From Rebecca billardiae RCC1528 (Eukaryota; Protista; Haptophyta): a stretch of 64,000 bases of DNA. How positions within the stretch are numbered: position 1 is the first letter of the stretch; every line of letters starts with the position of its first letter. The stretch covers positions 744,001-808,000 of the forward strand of contig OZ251239.1 of the NCBI GenBank assembly GCA_965240325.2, written 5' to 3'. The notes beneath the pieces are model-generated. The model had not been told where the DNA came from and searched no databases. It saw only the letters and a program-made list of their open reading frames with translations. Of the stretch, positions 54,270-64,000 are shown piece after piece. The position numbers and the translations under genes are program-made.

Positions 54270-56954
54270 CGATGCCGTGTTCGCCGCGGCGGAGCGCGAG
54301 GCTCGGCGCAGCGCCGCGGCGGCGGGCGGTGCGGGCGCGCCGCGCGTGCACGTGCAGCTCAACGCCAGCGCCACGCCCTCGTCGCGCCTCGGCGGCGCCG
54401 CGCCCGGCGGCGCCTCGGCGGCGCACGCAGCAGGCGCCACGGCCTCGCCGCCGCGCGCCGCCGCGGCCCGGGCGGCCGCCGGCAGCGGCGGTGCGCTGCT
54501 CGGCAGCGCGAGCGCGCTGGATTGGTCGGCGGGGAAGGAGGGCGCGGCCGGCGCGCCGTCGGGGCCGTCCGCCGCCGCCGCCGCGAGCGTGCTCGCCATG
54601 GGCGCCGTGCCGACGCCGCCGCCCGCTCCGATGCAGCTCGGCCGGAACGGTGCGCCGCCGGTCGTTCGAATCTCCCTGGCTGACCTCACCATGACGGCTC
54701 CGGTGGCGGCGCAGCCGGCGGCGCAGCCGGCGGCGCCGCCGCCGGCGCAGTCGCCGCCGCGCCCGCCGCCGGTGCAGTCGCCGCCGCGCCCGCCGCCCGC
54801 GGAGCCCGCGCCCGAGCCGATGGCGTACGCGCCGCCGCTGCACTCGCCGCACCGGCCCGAGCCGCGCGCGCCGGCGCCGCGCGAGCGCGCAGCCTGCTCC
54901 TCCGGAGTCGCTCTGCCCGAAGCGGCCGCGCGGTGGCCGGCGCCGCGCGCGGCCGTAGGCAGTGAGCTCGATGGCGGCGCGGCGGTTGGCGGCGGTGCCG
55001 GCGGGCGCGGGGGTGGGTGCGAGATGGCGCCCGTCGGTGGCAGCTGTGCCGTCGGGCTGGGTGGTGCCGGCGCTCGCGACGCCGCCGCCCTCACCGCCGG
55101 CGGCGGCGCGCCGTCGGCCGGCGGCGGCGGCGCGCCCGTCGGCGGCGGCCGCGCCCACGCGGTTCGGGAGCGGATACGGGCGCAGCTGCTCGCGGCGGCG
55201 GCCGCCGACGGCGCGGACAGCGCGTCGCCCGCGAGCAACAGCAGCCCCGAGCTTAGCTGGGCCGTGCGCGCCGCGGCGCAGGCCAAACCGCAGCCGCCGG
55301 CAGCCCAGCCGCACACGTGCGCGTGCGCAGGCGCAGGTGCGAGCGAGACGGCCCGCCCGCCCGCCCGCGCGGCGCGCTGCGCGGCCGCTGTGCCGAGCGC
55401 CGTCGCCGCGCGCGTCCCACGCGCGTGCGCGCCTGAGCCCCACATGCCCGCCGCCGCCGCCGCCACCCCCGCGCGCCGTGCGTTCAGGCCGGCTCCCTCT
55501 CTCGCCCACCACGCCGCCGCGCACGGCCGCTGCCAAGGCGCGCGCCGGCGCCGCGCCGCTGCCGGGCGGCGGAGTGGGCGGCGGCGCGGCTGCGGGCGGC
55601 AGGCTGCCCTTCGGCGCGTGGGCGGCGTCTGATGGGACGGCGGGCGCGGCGGAGCTGGACAGCACGGACATGATCACGCACGCCGGCTCGTTCCCACCGA
55701 CGCCCGTCGACCCCGCGCGCGCCGGCCCCGCCGCCCCGCCGAGCGGCGGCCGGCAGCTGGCGACCGCGGTGCGCTCGAGCCGGGAGCGGGCGCTCAGCCG
55801 CGCCGCCGAGCGTGCCGCGCAGCAGGAGCAGCGGGGGGAGGCCGCAGCGCTCAGGTTGTGGGTGCGCGCGCGCGCGCGGCGCCCGGCGCCAGCGGCGAGG
55901 GCGAAGCCGGCGGCGCGCGCGCGGGGGCGGGGTGGCGTGGCGGGGTCCGCGTGCAGCGCGCGCCTACAACCCTCACACCATGGGCTCACACCAACACCAC
56001 CCACCTGCCTGCCCGCGCCGGCGCGCCGGTGCGCCGCTTATTGCGTCGCCCGCGCCGCTTGCGTCGCAGGATTTCTCCGCCCGGCCGTCCGAGCCGGCAG
56101 GCGGCAACGTGAATGGCGGCGGTGCGGACGCGGACAGCGCCGACGGCGGGAGCCCGTCCGCGACGAGCGTGCTCACCCCCGAGCACAGCTCGCCGCGGCC
56201 GGTGTCGTTCACACCACTCGGCGGCGGCGCGGGCGCGGCCGGCGCGGGCGCGGCCGGCGCGGGCGCGGCCTCGGAGGCGCTCGACCGCCGCTCGCTCGCC
56301 ATCCTCGAGCGCAGGTCCACCGACTCGTGTGGCCGGAGTGATTCGCAGGACAGCGCGTCGCTCCGCGGCGCGCTGCAGCCCGGGCAGCCCGGGCCGCAGG
56401 CGCCCGGCTCGGGGCGACAGTCCCCGTATGTGACGGCGGCGGCGGCGGGCGCTGCGATGACGGTTGCCGCCGTGGCCGCGGGCGCCGAGCGCTGCTCGCC
56501 AGGCTCGGCGAGCACGGCGGCGATGGCGGCGGCGGCGATGACGGCGACCGCCGCCGCGGTCGCCGCCGCGGGCGCCGAGCGGTACAGGCACGCGTCCGAC
56601 TCCGAGCCGTCGCCGCCGCCGTCGGACAGCGCCGTGCTGAGCGCGGCCGCACTCGAGCTGCACGCTGCGCAGCTGCAGCCCGGGGGCAGGGGCCCCGCGC
56701 CGAGCGCGCTCACGCAGCCGCTCAGCCGGGGGAGCTGGCTGAGCGGCGCGGAGGCGGGCGCGCCCATCGCCAGCCCGTCCGACGCCGCCTCGCCGCCGGC
56801 GCTCCCGGACCCGGGGCCGGGGCTGGCCGCCGCCGCAGAGTCGCCGCCGTCGGCTCCGGCCCCAGTCGCGGATGCGGCCGCGCCAAACCACCTGCCGGGG
56901 CCGGCAGGGCAGCAGCAGCACGGCCGAAATCGGCGCAGCCGCGGGCGGAGTTGA
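52513..56954 (+). CDS. Kinesin motor protein (KIF12-like) with a long disordered tail; start and 3' exons approximate
   Basis: VVARVKP, FTFEAAF, FAFGQTGAGKT, YLEVYNE, LAVRW...GFYVEDL, SSRSH, LDLAGSE, INKSL and VPIRDSVLTKLL motifs. Probable introns end at ~55488 and 56069. Confidence 0.88.
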
Positions 56955-57408
56955 TCGTTGGCACTGCGCGGCGTCGGGCTGCCGGCGAGGTTGTTGCGTT
57001 GAGGGTTGGGTGACGCCGGCATGCCACGGCCTCGCATGCGTGCATGGCCCTGAATCCCCTGATGACTGCGCACGTTCGAAGGCGCAGCCGACGACGCGTG
57101 GACGGTGATGATCCGATCCGTACGTCATCGGAAAATAAAAAGCTCAGGCCACACGCACACGGCACGTGCACGCACGCGACAGCAAGAATCTTTTTTCAGT
57201 TTTTGTTGCTGCGCCCTGGAAAACAGGGGCATGCAAAGGGCGCGCGCGCCCGCCGCGCGCCCGCCCGTGGCAGTGTCGAGGACTAGCCCGCGCGGTCTCG
57301 CCGTGCCCGCGCCTGTGGCACCGGCGTGCGTGCACGTGCTTGCTGCGCTCGCCGAGCGCGCTGCGCCAGCCGGTCGTCCGGCGACGCGTGGGCGCAGCAG
57401 CGCGTGCC

Positions 57409-58374
57409 ATGCGGCTCGACGACGCCGCGATGCGCGCGATGGAGGTCGGGCGCGTTCGCCGCGACAACACCAAGCCGATCAACTCACTCGACTTCTTCCA
57501 AGACGGCAGCCTGCTGATCACGAGCAGCGACGACGAGAGCATCCGCGTGTACAACTGCGCGGAGGGAAAGCTGCAGAAGCTGATGTACTCGCGCAAGTAC
57601 GGCGCGTGCCACGTGCGCTTCACGCACCACCCGCTCTCCGTCATCTGCGCCTCGCGCAACGCGGCGGGCGAGCACGCGCTGCGCTACCTCTCGCTGCACG
57701 ACAACCAGTTCCTGCGCTACTTCGCGGGGCACACGGAGGCGGTGACGTCGCTGGAGATGTCGCCGAAGGAGGACCTCTTCGTCTCCGCCGCGCGCGACTC
57801 GACCGTCCGGCTGTGGGACCTGCGGCAGGAGGGCGCGCTCGGCATGCTCTCCGCGCCCAAGCACTCGCCGCCCACGGTCGCGTTCGACCCGGATGGGCTC
57901 ATCTTCGCCACCGCCATGTCGGACACGCAGCGCAGGGCGGTGCGGCTGTACGACATGCGCTCGTACGAGAAGGGCCCGTTCACCACCTTCCATCTCAGCG
58001 GGCCGCCAGTCGCCTTCCACCACCTCTCCTTCTCGAGCGACGGCAAGATGATCCTGCTGCCGTCCGCCGCCGACTCGATCGAGCTGATCGACGCCTTTGA
58101 CGGCAACCAGCTCGCGAGCTTCCGCGGGCACGTGAACACGCGCTCGCTGATGCTGGAGGCGTCGTTCTCGCCGGACGGGCAGTACGTCGTCTCGGGCTCG
58201 GAGGACGGCACCGTGCACGCGTGGCACGTCGGCACCGGCCGCGAGGTGGCCGTGTGGCAGGGGCACAACAACGCGGTGATGGCCGTGCGCTTCAGCCCGA
58301 CGCACATGCTCGCCGCGACCGCGTGCGCGTCCAGCTTGCTGTGCCTGTGGATCCCGCGCCTCGACGGTGCGTGA
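57409..58374 (+). CDS. WDR82: WD repeat protein 82 / Swd2 (COMPASS and PP1/PNUTS component)
   Basis: INSLDF, SSDDESIRVY, YSRKYG, RYLSLHDNQFLRYFAGH, RLYDMRSYEKGPF, FSSDGKMIL, IDAFDG and EASFSPDGQYVVSGSEDG motifs. Confidence 0.93.
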   Translation: MRLDDAAMRAMEVGRVRRDNTKPINSLDFFQDGSLLITSSDDESIRVYNCAEGKLQKLMYSRKYGACHVRFTHHPLSVICASRNAAGEHALRYLSLHDNQFLRYFAGHTEAVTSLEMSPKEDLFVSAARDSTVRLWDLRQEGALGMLSAPKHSPPTVAFDPDGLIFATAMSDTQRRAVRLYDMRSYEKGPFTTFHLSGPPVAFHHLSFSSDGKMILLPSAADSIELIDAFDGNQLASFRGHVNTRSLMLEASFSPDGQYVVSGSEDGTVHAWHVGTGREVAVWQGHNNAVMAVRFSPTHMLAATACASSLLCLWIPRLDGA

Positions 58375-58773
58375 GCGCCGCCGGGGGAGGGCTGCCTGCT
58401 CGTCCGCAGAGCCGCCCGCCTGCTGGCGCCGGCAGGATCGCGCTGGACCTGGCAGCAGATGCCAGCCGCACTCCGCTGCCACGCACGCTCCTGTCGCATG
58501 GCCATGGACTCAGCGCCGCCGACACTGTGCGCGCCACACGCGCGCACACGCCACACGCGGACGCGCCACGCGCCACACGTGAGCAGAATAATAGCAAAGC
58601 GTATATACGACAGCATATGCATATGAGATGATCGTCAGAGTCGTCAGAGTCGTATAATATATAGCAAACATAGCACTCATCAGAGTCGTCGCCGTTGGCA
58701 GTGTCATCGGTGTCATCCGGCTCGGGCTCCGGCCTCCGCGCGCGCCGCGCGGACGCGCCGCGCGGCCTGGCGG

Positions 58774-59973
58774 TCAGTATTTCAGCGCGTGGTACACCTT
58801 GCCGATAGCGCACGCATCGGCAGCGCGCTGTTGCAGCTGCGCCGCGGGTGAAGGCATCGGCGAGCGGTCGCGCGAGCCGCCCCTGGCGCTCGCCACCTCG
58901 TGCTCGCCGCCCGCGGCGCCGCGCGGCGTTCGCCGCGCCGCCGCTGCGTCGGGTGGCTCGGGCGCGGCCAGGCGCCGCCGCTTGGCCATGTGCGGCCGCC
59001 GCTCCTCCGCGCGCGGCGATTCCTCCGCCGGAGCGCCGGCGTCGTGCTCGGCCCGCAAGGCCGCCGCATCCCGCGCGCCGATCCGCACCCAGTCGCGGCG
59101 CGAGACGCGCCCCCACCACGCGAAGGGCGTGCCCACGTGCGCGCGCTCGAAGAAGGCGACCGGCCGGCGGCGCACGAGCGCGAGGCTGACCATCGACTGC
59201 TCGCTCCACGCGCTCACGCCCTCGACGCGCGCGAGGTGCTCGAGCTCGCGCAGGAAGCGCGCGGAGAGGCGGACGAGGTGCTCCTGCGTCGTGTACCGCA
59301 TGTGCGTCGGCACGAGCCGCGCGTACGCGGGCGTCACCGTGCCGTGCCACAGCCAGCCCTCCTCCGCGCGCACGACCGCGCCGTTGCGCACGCGCTGCTG
59401 TCGGAACGCGCGCGTGAGCTTGGCCTCGTTGCAGATCAGGTCGGCGCCGTCGGGCTCGTACGCGCGCAGGAAGGCGGGGAGGCTGCCGCTGAAGCCCACG
59501 TCGTCCTCGCACACCCACACGCGCGAGAACGCGCGCGCGCGCACGCCGTGCGCCCACGCGCCGATCGCCTCCGTGTGGAACCCCCAGGAGATCGTCATGC
59601 CCTCGGCGCGCTTTCGGAAGTAGCAGCCGCTCGCGTACGCGCCGCCGGCGAAGTGCGCGGGCTGCGTGAAGATGCGCAGCGAGCGCGCGTACCGCGCGAC
59701 GAGCTCGGCCTCGGTGTAGCTGTGCACGCGCCCCGCGGGCAGCATGCTCCGCAGGCGCGCCGCCGCCCGCTGGCCGCGCGGTCGGGACGCGTCGACGCTC
59801 ACGTGCAGCTCGAACTCCGTGCAACGCAGCTGGCGGAACCAGTCCATGATGCGCGCCAGCATCGCGTCGGTTGGGTCGTGCGTGCGCACGAGGAAGGCGA
59901 CGGGCGCGGAGGCGGGGGCGCCGTGCGCCGCCATCCCGCGTCCACGCGAGCGCGCGAGGTTCAGCGCCACCAT
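58774..59973 (-). CDS. Hypothetical glycosyltransferase-like protein (DUF3405-like); start uncertain (59973 or 59934)
   Basis: FSRVWVCEDDVGFSG...DLI, VRLSARFL, WSE and terminal YHALK resemble DUF3405-like GT-A proteins. Confidence 0.55.
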   Translation of the reverse strand: MVALNLARSRGRGMAAHGAPASAPVAFLVRTHDPTDAMLARIMDWFRQLRCTEFELHVSVDASRPRGQRAAARLRSMLPAGRVHSYTEAELVARYARSLRIFTQPAHFAGGAYASGCYFRKRAEGMTISWGFHTEAIGAWAHGVRARAFSRVWVCEDDVGFSGSLPAFLRAYEPDGADLICNEAKLTRAFRQQRVRNGAVVRAEEGWLWHGTVTPAYARLVPTHMRYTTQEHLVRLSARFLRELEHLARVEGVSAWSEQSMVSLALVRRRPVAFFERAHVGTPFAWWGRVSRRDWVRIGARDAAALRAEHDAGAPAEESPRAEERRPHMAKRRRLAAPEPPDAAAARRTPRGAAGGEHEVASARGGSRDRSPMPSPAAQLQQRAADACAIGKVYHALKY

Positions 59974-60147
59974 CAAATTGCGCCGTCCGGCGACGGCGGC
60001 GCCTGGGGGCCGCGCCGGACTCCGTATGCAGTAGGCGCAAACTGCCTGCCGCCTCTGAACCGTCAAAGCGGCCGCCAATGAGTGAGCGCTTGGCTTAGAC
60101 CCGTCAAGGGGGTCTTGCTGTGAGGCGGCTGGAGGGCGGCGGCCTGG

Positions 60148-61247
60148 ATGGCGGCAGGAGGCGCCCAGCCGCACCTGGTGGTGCACCAGGCGGAGACGGG
60201 CCTGACGTACCTGCTCGCCCCCGAGGCGTGCACCAGGTGCGCCTCCGCGCCTGCGCCGCGCTGCGCGTGCCATGCGTGCGCACGATGCTCACGCCCGGTC
60301 GGGGGCGCGCCGCGTGCCGCTGCGTGCGTCGCGCGCGCGCAGTGTGGACGCGGTCAAGCATGGGCTGGCACCCGCCGTCGGCGTGGCGCCGGAGCACCAG
60401 ATCCTGATTTTTGAGGGCGACAAACTCGACGACACGCGTGCGCTCGCCGACTACGGCCTGCCGCACGTGCGCGCGCGCGATCATGCGCGCGCGCTCGCGA
60501 GCCCACCGCCCCGCGCGCCGCGCCCGCCGCGCGGGCTGACGTGCAGCACGCCGCCGACGCGCGCCCGCTCGCGCAGGAGTCGCGCGCGATCTACATGTTC
60601 AACCGGCGCATGCTCGCCCGCGACGCCGGCCCGCCGCCGCCGCCGGTGCTGCTGCCGATCGGCGTCGAGGTGCCGCCGGCGCCCGAGCTCCCGCCCGTCC
60701 AGGTCGCGCGCGGCGCGTCGCCGCTCGTGCTCGCGCTGCTCGACTACCGCACGCAGTTCTTCGGCCACCTGTTCAGCGCGCGCGCCTACCACGAGGCGAG
60801 CGGCGCGCGCCTCGAGTCCGTCGTGCAGTCCCTCGCGCAGCAGCGCGTGCAGGCGGACGCGCTCGGCGCGGCGCTGCGCAACCTGCGCTCGTTCGCGGCC
60901 CAGATGAGCGAGCGGTACTCGCGGTTCAAGGAGCGGTTCCACGAGCAGCTGGGGCAGAAGCAGGCGCTGGTCGACTCGTTCGAGGCGGACATCGCGCGGC
61001 TGCGCTCCATCCGGCTGCACCCCATCCTCATCGCCATCGAGGGCATCGGCGCGGCGGACGAGGCGGCGCCGCAGACGCTGCTCGAGTGCTGCGGCGAGGA
61101 GCGGCTGCGCACGTGGCTGCGCGAGTGCGAGCAGCACGCGGACACGCTGGTGTCGCGCGCGGCGGAGCTGGCGACGGCGTACGGCGAGCTCGTGCACTCC
61201 GTCGACGTGCAGGAGCACAGGCCGCTGCTCGTCGGCCCGGACGCGCT

Positions 61248-61287
<40 letters not shown>

Positions 61288-64000
61288 TCGGCCGCGGCCG
61301 CGGCCGAGGCCGCGCCCGCGCCCCCGCTCGGCCCCTCGGCCGGCGCCGACGACCCGCGCGTCGCTGCGGCGCGCGCGCGGCTCGCGGAGCAGGCGGCGAT
61401 CGTGCAGGCGCTCGACCGTGACTACGCGCGCGTGTGCCTCCTCGTCGACGAGCAGGTCGCCGACGCGCACGCGCACGCGCAGCAGGCGGCGAGCGCGTCG
61501 AGCGACGCTGCGGCCGGCTCTGAGAGCGGTGCGCTCGGCGGCAGCCGGCGGCCGAGCGTGGGCGGCAACGTGCGGCTCTCGCAGGAGTGCGCGGCGCTGG
61601 AGGACATCCGCGTGGGGCACCAGGAGGAGCAGCTCCCGGCCATCCTCGCCGCCGACGAGTCCTTCGCCGCGCTGCAGCGCGCCGTCGCCGACGAGCAGGC
61701 GGCGGTGGGCGCGGAGCTGCACGTGCGGCTGCGCGCGGTCTCCTCGCTGCAGGCGGCGATCGCCGAGCTGCGCACCAAGCTCGGCGTGTACGCGACGCTG
61801 CTCGCGCGCGTGCAGAACTACTGCGTGCACCTGGCGTACATGCACGAGCTGCCGCGCACGTACCAGGCGTGCCTCGCGCAGCTCGTCTGCCGCAAGGCGT
61901 ACTCCGACGCCTTCTCCGCGCGCGCTGCGGCCGCGGTCGAGAGCCTGGCCGGGCTGCGCGAGGACGAGTTCAGCGCGCGCATGGCCTTCATGGCGGCGTA
62001 CGGGCGGATGCTGCCGCGCGGGCTGCCGGTGCTGGCGAAGCTGCTGCAGAGCCCGCCGCCGCACTGCGACGTGCGCGTGCCCGCGCCGGAGCTGCCCCCC
62101 GACCTGCCGCGCATCTCGCCGGAGGACGTGGCGAGCGCGGGCGCGCTCGCGGGCGACGCGGACGGCGCCGAGCACGGCGCGGCCGGCGCGGGCGCGCTCG
62201 TCGCCATGGCCGCCGGCGGTGCGGACGCGCCGGCGGTGGCGCACACCGGGCTGGAGGCGCGGCTACGCGTGCTGCAGACGGAGAACGCCAGGCTCCGCGC
62301 CGAGATGGCCTTCCGCGCCATCGCCACGCCCGGCGCGACCACGGGGGCGCTCGGCCTCGAGAGCGCGCCGCTGCCGGCGCCGCCCGCTTCGGCCGCGCAG
62401 CACGACGGCAGCCGCTCGCCCGCAGGGCCGGCGGACGCGGCGGGAGTCGGGGGCGAAGGGGCGGACGCGCGGCCGGTGCTGCCGCCGCGCGCGCACTCGA
62501 CCCCCGCGGTGCCCTCCTCCTCCGCCGCCGCCGCAGCCGCCGCCGCAGCCGCCGCGGCCGCCGCCGACGCGGGCGCGGCCGGCCCCGCGGCCGCGGAGCG
62601 CGCGCTGCATGCGCTGCGGCTGCAGCACAGCTACTCGGCCGAGCTGCAGCGGCGGCTGGAGGAGCAGGAGGCGCAGGTGCGCAAGTACGAGGAGAGGATC
62701 GCGCAGCTCGAGGCGGCGCTCTCGCCGCCCGCGCCCGCGCTCGCCACCGTCGACGCGCCGCCGCGCGCCCACGCCGCGCAGCAGCTCGAGCCGCCCTCGG
62801 CCGCGCCCGCGCTCTCGCCGCGCGCGGCCGCGCCGCCGTCGCCCGCCGAGGGCGCGGCCGCCGCGGCTGCGTCGGCGTCCAGCGGTGGGGGCGCGGATGG
62901 CGGCAGCGCGCTGAGCTCGCTGGCCGTCGTCGCGCCGGCCGCGCCGGCCGCGCTCGGCGCGTGCGACCTCGGCGACGTGTCCGTCGCGCGCACCACCTCC
63001 GCGGGGAGCGAGCTGTCCTCAGCTGCAGGCGCCTCAGCGAGCGCGGTCGTCGCCGCGCTGAGCGCCGCGCCTGCGGCGGCGGCGGCGGAGGCGGCTCTGA
63101 CCGCCGCGGCGCCGGCTGCGGCCGCGCTCGGCGCCGCAGTGGATGCGGTGCCCGGCGCCGCGCAGCCCGCGGGCGCGGCCGTGGCCCTCCCGGCCGCCGG
63201 CAGCCCAGGCAGCCCAGGCAGCCCAGGCAGCGCGTGCGCCCCATCCGCCGCCGCTCGCGCCTCGAGCGCATCGGCGCCCTCGCCGCCGCCGCCGCCGGCT
63301 GCGAGCGCCGAGCGCGCGGCCGGCGCGGCGTCGGAGGGCGGCGGCGCGCCGCGCGCGCTGCGCGTGCTCAGGCAGGGCATCGCGGAGGTGCGCGCGCGCC
63401 GCACGCGCGGCGGGGGCGGGGGCCGCCGATGCGCGCGTGTGCGCCGTCGCCGATCGCGCCCGCTCACGCCGAGCCGCGCGCCCCACGCGCCTTGCAGGCG
63501 CGCCGCTGCCTCCCGCCGAGCCCAAGCCAGGCGGATGCGCACGGCGCGGCGGCGAGCGCGCCCGCGGCCAGCGGCGCCGCGCCTGCGGACGCGGACGCGC
63601 AGGCTGTGGACGCGCTGCTCTCCTCGGCGCGGCAGGCGGCGCGCGCCAACATGACGCTCGGGCGCGCGCTGCAGCAGACGCGCGCGCTCGCGCAGTCGCG
63701 CATCGCGTACACCTCGATCGAGCCGGGCGCGCGGGTCCTCTTCGTCGCAGCGCCAAGCACGGTGTGGCGCGCGGCGCGGCGCGCGGCGGGGGCGGCGCGC
63801 GCGTGCGCCGGGGGCGGCCGGGCGGTGCGCGGTGCTGACCGCGCGCCAGCCCCCCCGCGCGCTCGCGCAGGCGCCGCGCGCGGACGCGCCGGCCGGCGCG
63901 TCCGGCTGCTTCGTCGCGTACACCAAGGGGCTGCCCAACCGGTTCCTGGCGCCCGCGTGCGTGCACGCCTTCTTCAGGGGCGCGGCTGCGGCGGCGGCTG
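60148..64000 (+). CDS. ATG11: Autophagy scaffold ATG11/RB1CC1 (FIP200); multi-exon, 3'-truncated
   Basis: Spliced N-terminal ubiquitin-like domain (VHQAETG..SVDAVK..GVAPEHQILI..KLD..RALADYGLP..IYMFNR), FEADIARLRSIRLHP, coiled coils, and the start of the Claw domain RIAYTSIEPGARVLFV..FVAY...NRFL. Confidence 0.85.

Overview
This is very GC-rich eukaryotic nuclear DNA, not prokaryotic. It is gene-dense, has short GC-rich GT-AG introns (donors mostly GTGCGC/GTGTGC) and 90-175 bp gaps between head-to-head gene pairs. The style suggests an alga or protist such as a haptophyte, but that is inference only. About 21 protein-coding genes are supported: a hybrid histidine kinase (3' part), Dcr2/PAP-type metallophosphoesterase, several glycosylation enzymes, TFIIIC TPR subunit (intron filled by a 22-copy minisatellite), lactate permease, degenerate cyclophilin, sulfotransferase, nucleotide-sugar transporter, ARM/IQ protein, KIF12-like kinesin, WDR82 and ATG11 (5' part). 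The main standouts are: (1) an intronless U-box + dynamin/Mx-type GTPase + 17-repeat hypervariable LRR gene, resembling an NLR with dynamin as the NTPase, inside a repeat-rich, lower-GC island (~34.5-50.8 kb); (2) a signal peptide-LRR-TM-HET/TIR-like receptor with a Toll-like layout; (3) an LRR-IQ-3TM-LRR protein; (4) a ~150-nt pre-miRNA-like fold-back; (5) a spliced 78-aa CCT/NF-YA-like microprotein missed by the ORF track; (6) a Gon7-like small protein; and (7) MITE-like inverted repeats, one of which seeded a (TCTA)n microsatellite. All family calls come from recognising motifs by eye; no searches were run.
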